Assembly (NCBI RefSeq): GCF_030384885.1
Contig: NZ_CP128613.1
DNA length: 64,000 bases
Reading direction: 5' to 3' (one strand)
From: Escherichia coli
GTDB taxonomy: Bacteria; Pseudomonadota; Gammaproteobacteria; Enterobacterales; Enterobacteriaceae
Below, in pieces: positions 56,930 to 64,000 of the stretch (position 1 is the stretch's first letter; every line of letters begins with the position of its first letter). The notes under the pieces were generated by a model. It saw only the letters and a list, made by a program, of their open reading frames with translations, had not been told where the DNA came from and made no database searches. The position numbers were made by a program, and so were the translations under genes.

Positions 56930-58333
56930 ATGTCTGACCATAATCCACTGACATTAAAACTGAATCTGCGGGAAAAAATCGCTTATGGCATGGGCGACGT
57001 CGGTTCGAATTTAATGCTTAGCATCGGCACTCTGTATCTCCTCAAATTTTATACCGATGAATTAGGGATGCCTGCTTACTATGGCGGGATTATCTTTCTG
57101 GTGGCGAAATTCTTTACCGCGTTTACCGATATGCTCACCGGATTTTTACTCGACTCGCGAAAAAATATTGGGCCTAAAGGCAAATTTCGTCCCTTTATTT
57201 TATATGCAGCGGTTCCGGCGGCGTTAATTGCAACGCTCCAGTTTATCGCCACCACTTTTAGTTTGCCGATTAAAACGACGATTGCCACCGCGCTGTTTAT
57301 GATGTTTGGACTTTCATACAGTCTGATGAACTGCTCGTATGGCGCGATGATCCCAGCAATTACCAAAAACCCCAATGAGCGCGCGCAGCTTGCGGCTTAC
57401 CGCCAGGGTGGTGCAACCATAGGGCTATTGATTTGTACCGTAGCATTTATTCCATTGCAGTCGCTTTTTTCTGACTCCACTGTCGGTTATGCCTGCGCGG
57501 CACTGATGTTCTCCATTGGTGGCTTTATTTTTATGATGCTGTGCTACAGAGGCGTCAAAGAGCATTATGTGGACACGACGCCAACCGGACATAAAGCCAG
57601 TATTCTCAAATCTTTTTGCGCGATATTTCGTAATCCGCCATTGCTGGTTTTATGCATTGCTAACCTGTGTACCCTGGCGGCATTTAATATCAAACTGGCA
57701 ATTCAGGTCTATTACACCCAGTATGTGCTGAATGATATTAATTTATTGTCGTGGATGGGATTCTTCAGTATGGGATGCATCCTCATCGGCGTATTGCTGG
57801 TGCCATTAACTGTAAAATGTTTTGGTAAAAAACAGGTTTATTTAGCTGGCATGGTGCTGTGGGCGGTGGGGGATATCCTGAATTATTTCTGGGGCAGTAA
57901 CTCTTTCACTTTCGTCATGTTCTCTTGTGTCGCCTTTTTTGGTACGGCCTTTGTAAACAGCCTGAACTGGGCGCTGGTACCGGATACCGTAGATTATGGT
58001 GAATGGAAAACAGGTATACGTGCCGAAGGTTCTATTTATACCGGTTATACCTTCTTTCGTAAAATTTCAGCCGCACTTGCTGGCTTCTTGCCAGGCATTA
58101 TGCTGACGCAAATCGGTTATGTTCCCAACATCGCGCAAAGCGATGCAACATTACAGGGTTTGCGTCAGCTCATTTTTATTTGGCCTTGTGCGCTGGCGAT
58201 AATTGCTGCATTGACGATGGGATTCTTTTACACGCTCAATGAAAAACGTTTTGCGATGATTATTGAGGAAGTTAACCAACGCAAAAATAAAGAGATGGCG
58301 ACAGAAGAAAAAACGGCTTCCTTAACGTTATAA
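56930..58333 (+). CDS. yihO: GPH-family sulfoquinovose transporter
   Basis: ORF 56924-58333; ATG start after RBS aaggag (467 aa); paralog of yihP. Confidence 0.9.
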   Translation: MSDHNPLTLKLNLREKIAYGMGDVGSNLMLSIGTLYLLKFYTDELGMPAYYGGIIFLVAKFFTAFTDMLTGFLLDSRKNIGPKGKFRPFILYAAVPAALIATLQFIATTFSLPIKTTIATALFMMFGLSYSLMNCSYGAMIPAITKNPNERAQLAAYRQGGATIGLLICTVAFIPLQSLFSDSTVGYACAALMFSIGGFIFMMLCYRGVKEHYVDTTPTGHKASILKSFCAIFRNPPLLVLCIANLCTLAAFNIKLAIQVYYTQYVLNDINLLSWMGFFSMGCILIGVLLVPLTVKCFGKKQVYLAGMVLWAVGDILNYFWGSNSFTFVMFSCVAFFGTAFVNSLNWALVPDTVDYGEWKTGIRAEGSIYTGYTFFRKISAALAGFLPGIMLTQIGYVPNIAQSDATLQGLRQLIFIWPCALAIIAALTMGFFYTLNEKRFAMIIEEVNQRKNKEMATEEKTASLTL

Positions 58334-58399
58334 ATGTCAATAGCCGCTATTTCCATCCTGGTGGGTGGCGGCCTCCCTACGTTTAAAAATGGACTTATT

Positions 58400-59092
58400 A
58401 TGAAAAAGATTAATGCAATAATTCTATTATCCTCTCTGACCTCTGCCTCGGTATTTGCTGGCGCATACGTCGAAAACAGGGAGGCATATAATCTCGCCTC
58501 CGATCAGGGCGAGGTTATGCTACGTGTGGGTTATAACTTCGATATGGGCGCGGGTATTATGTTAACCAATACCTACACCTTTCAGCGAGAAGATGAACTA
58601 AAACATGGCTACAATGAAATTGAAGGTTGGTATCCGTTATTCAAACCAACTGATAAATTAACCATCCAGCCCGGTGGCTTAATTAATGATAAAAGCACCG
58701 GTTCCGGTGGTGCAGTATATCTGGACGTCAACTATAAATTTGTACCATGGTTTAATCTGACAGTGCGAAATCGCTATAACCATAATAACTACAGTTCAAC
58801 AGATTTGAACGGGGAGCTGGATAATAATGACACCTATGAAATTGGTACCTACTGGAATTTTAAAATCACCGAGAAATTCTCCTATACATTTGAGCCACAT
58901 TATTTTATACGCGTAAATGACTTTAATAGCAGCAATGGAAAAGATCATCATTGGGAAATCACTAATACCTTCCGTTACCGTATTAACGAAAACTGGCTCC
59001 CTTATTTCGAATTACGCTGGTTAGATCGTAATATAGAACCATACCACCGCGAGCAAAACCAGATTCGTATCGGGACGAAGTATTTCTTCTGA
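58400..59092 (+). CDS. ompL: outer membrane porin L
   Basis: ORF 58334-59092; start at MKKINAIILLSSLTSASVFA (230 aa) with signal peptide; C-terminal ...GTKYFF. Confidence 0.9.
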   Translation: MKKINAIILLSSLTSASVFAGAYVENREAYNLASDQGEVMLRVGYNFDMGAGIMLTNTYTFQREDELKHGYNEIEGWYPLFKPTDKLTIQPGGLINDKSTGSGGAVYLDVNYKFVPWFNLTVRNRYNHNNYSSTDLNGELDNNDTYEIGTYWNFKITEKFSYTFEPHYFIRVNDFNSSNGKDHHWEITNTFRYRINENWLPYFELRWLDRNIEPYHREQNQIRIGTKYFF

Positions 59093-59100
59093 TGTGAAAC

Positions 59101-59177
<77 letters not shown>

Positions 59178-59182
59178 ATTAA

Positions 59183-60448
59183 TCAAGCTTCAGCCGCCAA
59201 CATCTCTTTCTTACGTTGGCTAATTCGCTTAACCAGCATTACGGAAACCACCGCACCACAGAATGCGAAGCAGGCCATAATGCCAAACACGATTTTGTAG
59301 CCAATAATCCCCGGGTTTAAATCCAGAATGTAGCCATACAGACTGAAGCAGAACATCGCCGGGGCGTAACCGATAAAGCTACCCAACGCCATCGCCGCGC
59401 CTGTTTTATTTTCAGCAATTTTTGCTTCGCCGATAGGTGCAAAAAATACGGCTCGCTGTGTAAAGACTATCGCGCCAAAGCCTAATGTACAGGCCATCCC
59501 TAAATAGACCGGCATACTTTCGTGCGGCAGCATAATCAACAGTACGAGCGCAGCGGTACTGATGATAAAGGTGTAGCATAGATATTTACTCGGCGATTTC
59601 AGGATCTTATCTGAAATCATGCCACCAATCGGTCCACCGATCATTTTCAGACAGTATTGGTTAATGATGCCGTAAGCACCCACCAGCGCAACGGGCAGCA
59701 GATAGATGTTTTTCAGGAATGGAATGAAGAATGTCAAGCCACAGTAAACCGCGTAAACGAAGAAGACGTTGAAAGCGATAAGCCAGATGGTTTTATCTCT
59801 CAGCACCGAAGTCATACTGGTGTTTTGCGATGCTTCGTCTTCTTTTTTCACCTCCACGGACGGTGCCTCTTCTTTGTCATTGAGTACAAAGAAAATGATA
59901 ACGCCCACGGCAATCACAATAAGGGAATAGAACCAGATACCCGCTTTAAAGCCCAACAAGCCACTGCCAAACCAGGTAAATACTGCCAACGCAGAAAATG
60001 CCACCACAGTATCGACAATGCCACGCCCTGTTTCGAAGAAGCCAAACAAACGACCTTGTTGTTCGCTATTGCCCAGTCGACTTACCGACTTGAGCAAGAC
60101 AGGCCAGTTCATCATGTCGCAGGTAACGCCAAATAGCGCCCAGACAAAGAGGATGCCCCAATACCCCGGCATTGTCGTCAAATAAACACCCAGTAATCCC
60201 GTCGCAATGAGGGAGAATGACATGGTGTATCTGCGCGGTAGTTTATCGGCAAAATAAATAGACAGAAAAAAGCCTACTGTCGTGACAAATGAGTTTACCG
60301 ACATAGCATTACCAATTTGACCATTGGTCAAATGGAAATATTCCTGCATCGGGATATAAAACGCATCTTTCAACGACGGTAATTTATAAATTGTACCGCC
60401 ACACAATGTTAATAGACTAAATAACGCCCATTTCTTTTTCGTGAGCAT
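59183..60448 (-). CDS. yihN: MFS transporter
   Basis: 421-aa polytopic membrane ORF; synteny. Confidence 0.9.
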   Translation of the reverse strand: MLTKKKWALFSLLTLCGGTIYKLPSLKDAFYIPMQEYFHLTNGQIGNAMSVNSFVTTVGFFLSIYFADKLPRRYTMSFSLIATGLLGVYLTTMPGYWGILFVWALFGVTCDMMNWPVLLKSVSRLGNSEQQGRLFGFFETGRGIVDTVVAFSALAVFTWFGSGLLGFKAGIWFYSLIVIAVGVIIFFVLNDKEEAPSVEVKKEDEASQNTSMTSVLRDKTIWLIAFNVFFVYAVYCGLTFFIPFLKNIYLLPVALVGAYGIINQYCLKMIGGPIGGMISDKILKSPSKYLCYTFIISTAALVLLIMLPHESMPVYLGMACTLGFGAIVFTQRAVFFAPIGEAKIAENKTGAAMALGSFIGYAPAMFCFSLYGYILDLNPGIIGYKIVFGIMACFAFCGAVVSVMLVKRISQRKKEMLAAEA

Positions 60449-60550
60449 AACATCCCCTAAGCGATTTTGAAAATCACTGTTCTAAAGGCAATAAGATACC
60501 GGCCATTCTTATGGAATGGTTTTTATTAACAGCGGATGAGTTAAAGCTTA

Positions 60551-61531
60551 TTAGTGGTTCAGAAGATGGCTTGCCTCTTGTTTGATTTGTTGTAGTACGT
60601 TACGCACATGATTTATCTGATTAATTGCATCTTCTTTTTCTTTACGTAACCGCGCATCCAGTAAATGATTTTCTGGCAGTGGTGTTTCACTCATCTGGCG
60701 ATAAGGGATCCACGGATTATCATCTTCGTCTTCAAAGCGGAACGCCGGAGCATAATAATCAACCTCTTCTTCCAGGCCATACGCTGTCACCTGCGGTTCT
60801 TCATCGCCAAGGCAGATAAGGTGTGTTAATAACTCTTTGAATGGCATATCACCCTGACCTGAAATACAGGCTTTATGGCCCAGGCCACCTTGTTCTTTAA
60901 CAATCAAGGCATCTTTGATATGGACCTGGGTAATATGTGGTGCCATCGTTTTTAAAGCGTCTATGGGATGTTCATTTGCATTGATCATGTTCGCAAAATC
61001 AAACAGTAAGGAAAGAGACTCCATCTCACTCCCTCTGACCAGCGACACCAGTTCATGGCTTTTTAAATCTTCATGCTGTTCGATCGTAAAGGTCAGGCCG
61101 CTGTCCTGATACGCTTCCCGCACATAGGCAATGTCGTTAGCGATGATCGATAATACGTCGCGCAAATTACCTTCATAACGCGGATAAAAACGCACTGACG
61201 ATGCCCCAGTTTTCAACGCAATGGCAACGGCTTCGTCAATAGATGCCTTATCTGAGGCACTGGTTTCAATATGAATATCAAGGTTCAGATGGCGGGCTTT
61301 ATCGCCAAAGGCAGAGAGTTCTTTATCTGCCATATTGCCCAAAGAAAAACGTTCGCCATCCAGAACATGAATTTTTACGCCTCGCAGATTATTTTCACTC
61401 GCAATATCAAGTAAATCAGCTGGCAATACTCTTTCCAGCCGCATATTTAAATGAAAAGCGTAGGCATGCAAATAAAGAGGAAGAGTATCGACACGTTGTA
61501 GAATCTTTCTTGCGTTATTTATTGTCACCAT
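60551..61531 (-). CDS. yihM: sugar phosphate isomerase/epimerase (TIM barrel) family protein
   Basis: ORF 60551-61585; start at MVTINNARKILQ (326 aa). Confidence 0.85.
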   Translation of the reverse strand: MVTINNARKILQRVDTLPLYLHAYAFHLNMRLERVLPADLLDIASENNLRGVKIHVLDGERFSLGNMADKELSAFGDKARHLNLDIHIETSASDKASIDEAVAIALKTGASSVRFYPRYEGNLRDVLSIIANDIAYVREAYQDSGLTFTIEQHEDLKSHELVSLVRGSEMESLSLLFDFANMINANEHPIDALKTMAPHITQVHIKDALIVKEQGGLGHKACISGQGDMPFKELLTHLICLGDEEPQVTAYGLEEEVDYYAPAFRFEDEDDNPWIPYRQMSETPLPENHLLDARLRKEKEDAINQINHVRNVLQQIKQEASHLLNH

Positions 61532-61538
61532 AAAACAC

Positions 61539-62249
61539 CTACAGATTAATGATGAGATCCACGGCCTCAAATCGCCAATATTCAATATCTATCTGGACAA
61601 TATTGCCTTGCTGGTCAGCGCGATGTTTTTCAATTAAGATCGCAGGCATGCCCGCTGAACCGCCAAGAAATTTACTGATATCACCCGGCATTCTTACGGG
61701 TTTGAAAACCAGTTTTTTTACTACCGTCTCTTTTTGGTAGCATTTTTCCCAGACTGAAGAAAATGAGTGGTTTTCAAGTTGCTCTATAAAACCTGGGGCA
61801 ACTTCAGGATTAATATATGTTTCGTGATAGAAAACTTTATGTCCTTCCAGCGCCCCCCAGCCGGTAATGCGATAGAGTTCAGTTGATGGCGTCACTGCAA
61901 CCAGTGGCGCGAGCGTCTCGGGAATGTCGCTGGTACGGCTTTTCTCAGTAAAGCCCCAGGAAGGTTCCCGCCCTTGCTCAATTGCGGCCCGCTGAAAGCT
62001 CGCCGACAGCTCCGGACTGTAATTAAATCGCGGCTGAGTCACGAACCACCCTTTACGATCCTTACGGAAAATTTTGGATTCTGCCTCAAGGTTCAGCAAC
62101 GCCTGGCGTAACGTCATACGTTTAATGCCCAGCAACTCTCCCAGCTCTCTTTCTGAAGGGAGTTTTCCACCCGGCGTGGTGATGCCATCTTTCAACCACC
62201 GATCCAGTTTCTCTTTTGCATTTTCTACGGTGGATTGATTCTCCGCCAT
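61539..62249 (-). CDS. yihL: GntR-family transcriptional regulator
   Basis: 236-aa ORF; N-terminal wHTH (LPSERELGELLGIKRMTLRQAL). Confidence 0.88.
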   Translation of the reverse strand: MAENQSTVENAKEKLDRWLKDGITTPGGKLPSERELGELLGIKRMTLRQALLNLEAESKIFRKDRKGWFVTQPRFNYSPELSASFQRAAIEQGREPSWGFTEKSRTSDIPETLAPLVAVTPSTELYRITGWGALEGHKVFYHETYINPEVAPGFIEQLENHSFSSVWEKCYQKETVVKKLVFKPVRMPGDISKFLGGSAGMPAILIEKHRADQQGNIVQIDIEYWRFEAVDLIINL

Positions 62250-62415
62250 TGTTTAATCCTTTTGGTTTAAACCAGATGAGGCATCTTACGCTTACGCCAA
62301 AAAAGAAAGCAATTAACAGCGTATGACTTTGCAGATAATTGTGACAAAGCTCTCTATTGACGTAACCACAAACTTATAAGGGAGATACTCGCACTGGTGA
62401 GAACTTACGACAGGC

Positions 62416-62448
62416 AAAAAAAAACCTGCCATCACTGGCAGGTTTTTT
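62416..62448 (-). terminator. rho-independent terminator after typA
   Basis: Hairpin cctgccatcactggcagg flanked by an A-run and a T-run. Confidence 0.7.
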
Positions 62449-62465
62449 ATGACTAAAAAACGAAA

Positions 62466-64000
62466 TTAATCGTCTTTCGGTGCGCGGTTGGCGCGACGAC
62501 GATCGTTTTCCGTCAGGTGACGTTTACGAATACGGATAGAGGTCGGAGTCACTTCTACCAGTTCGTCATCATCGATGAACTCCAGCGCTTGTTCCAGAGT
62601 CATGCGGATAGGCGGAACCAGAACAACGGCTTCGTCAGTACCGGAAGCACGCATGTTGGTCAGTTTCTTACCGGTCAGACAGTTTACAGTCAGGTCGTTA
62701 GAGCGGCTATGAATACCGATAATCTGACCTTCGTAAACTTCTGCACCGTGACCGAGGAACAGCTTACCGCGATCCTGCAGACCGAACAGCGCGAACGCGA
62801 CCGCTTTACCCTGACCGTTAGAGATCAGTACGCCGTTCTGACGCTGACCCACTTCACCCGGACGTACGTCGTCATAGTGGCTGAAGGTGGAGTACAACAG
62901 ACCCGTACCAGAGGTCATGGTCATGAACTCAGAACGGAAGCCAATCAGACCACGGCTTGGGATCACGTAGTCGAGACGTACGCGGCCTTTACCGTCTGGA
63001 TTCATGTTTTTCAGGTCGCCTTTACGTTCGCCCAGCGCCTGCATCACAGAACCCTGATGCTGTTCTTCAACGTCCAGCGTCACGTTTTCATACGGCTCTT
63101 GTTTACGACCGTCGATTTCACGGAAGATAACTTTCGGACGGGATACCGCCAGTTCGAAACCTTCACGACGCATGTTTTCGATCAGAACAGACAGGTGCAG
63201 TTCGCCACGACCAGAAACGCGGAACGCATCGGCGTCTTCAGTTTCTTCTACGCGCAGCGCAACGTTGTGTACCAGTTCTTTGTTCAGACGATCCAGAATC
63301 TGACGAGACGTTACGAACTTACCTTCTTTACCGCAGAACGGTGAGGTGTTAACGCAGAAGAACATAGAAACGGTCGGCTCATCAACGGAGAGTGCCGGCA
63401 GCGCTTCAACGTTTTGCGTGTCGCAAACGGTGTCAGAAATGTTCAGTTCGCCCAGGCCCGTGATCGCCACGATATCGCCAGCTTCCGCCAGATCGGTTTC
63501 GATACGTTCCAGACCGAGGTGGCCCAGCACTTTACCGACTTTCGCGTTGCGGGTTTTGCCTTCGCTATCGATGATAGTAACTTGCTGGTTCGGCTTCACT
63601 TTACCGCGCTTGATGCGGCCAATGCCGATAACGCCAACATAGCTGTTGTAATCGAGCTGAGAAATCTGCATCTGGAACGGACCGTCAAGGTCAACGTCCG
63701 GCGCAGGAACGTGGTCAACAATTGCCTGATACAGCGGGGTCATGTCTTCCGCCATATCTTCGTGGTCCAGACCGGCGATACCGTTCAGCGCAGAAGCGTA
63801 AACGATCGGGAAGTCCAGCTGCTCGTCGGTCGCGTCGAGGTTAACGAACAGATCGAATACCTGATCCACAACCCAATCAGGACGCGCGCCAGGGCGGTCA
63901 ACTTTGTTGATAACAACAATTGGCTTCAGGCCGTAAGCAAACGCTTTTTTGGTTACGAAGCGCGTTTGCGGCATCGGGCCGTCAAATGCGTCAACCACCA
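62466..64000 (-). CDS. typA: ribosome-associated translational GTPase BipA/TypA, C-terminal portion (N-terminus lies outside the window)
   Basis: Frame open to the window edge; EF-G-like domains; C-terminus ...[10 protein letters not shown]. Confidence 0.93.
   Translation of the reverse strand, partial: VVDAFDGPMPQTRFVTKKAFAYGLKPIVVINKVDRPGARPDWVVDQVFDLFVNLDATDEQLDFPIVYASALNGIAGLDHEDMAEDMTPLYQAIVDHVPAPDVDLDGPFQMQISQLDYNSYVGVIGIGRIKRGKVKPNQQVTIIDSEGKTRNAKVGKVLGHLGLERIETDLAEAGDIVAITGLGELNISDTVCDTQNVEALPALSVDEPTVSMFFCVNTSPFCGKEGKFVTSRQILDRLNKELVHNVALRVEETEDADAFRVSGRGELHLSVLIENMRREGFELAVSRPKVIFREIDGRKQEPYENVTLDVEEQHQGSVMQALGERKGDLKNMNPDGKGRVRLDYVIPSRGLIGFRSEFMTMTSGTGLLYSTFSHYDDVRPGEVGQRQNGVLISNGQGKAVAFALFGLQDRGKLFLGHGAEVYEGQIIGIHSRSNDLTVNCLTGKKLTNMRASGTDEAVVLVPPIRMTLEQALEFIDDDELVEVTPTSIRIRKRHLTENDRRRANRAPKDD

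Overview
The window reads as an Escherichia coli-type chromosome segment, colinear (in reverse orientation) with the K-12 glpK-to-typA region. Gene identities are recognised from the translated ORFs and from my memory of K-12 gene order; nothing was searched against a database. Backbone genes run glpK(partial)-glpX-fpr-uspD-yiiS-yiiR-yiiQ-tpiA-cdh-sbp-pfkA-fieF-cpxP-cpxRA-yiiM-kdgT-sodA-rhaT-rhaRS-rhaBADM, then yiiG, fdhD-fdoGHI-fdhE, yiiF-yiiE, yiiD-dtd-yihY-yihX, the sulfoquinovose cluster yihW-yihV-yihUTS-yihR-yihQPO-ompL, yihN-yihM-yihL and typA(partial). Four places break that colinearity. (1) The frvABXR operon is reduced to a ~550 bp EIIA-like remnant with an in-frame stop. (2) About 4.6 kb between yiiG and fdhD carries a translationally coupled two-gene operon: a full-length Hsp90/HtpG-like GHKL ATPase paralog followed by a 768-aa alpha-helical partner with no motif I recognise. 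This is the best candidate for an undescribed system. (3) About 5.5 kb between yiiE and yiiD is an AT-rich island encoding a large protein with the CKSAKDRT phosphoinositide-phosphatase motif (SopB/IpgD/INPP4-like), an HSL-family esterase, a HigB-2/HigA-2-like toxin-antitoxin pair whose toxin lacks a canonical start, two small proteins and a membrane protein, with internal 100-bp direct repeats and a promoter-like element shared with yiiE and yiiF. (4) A TauE/SafE-like membrane protein gene sits between yihR and yihQ. No rRNA, tRNA, CRISPR array, integrase or transposase was seen. Motif coordinates were read by eye and may be off by a few bases.
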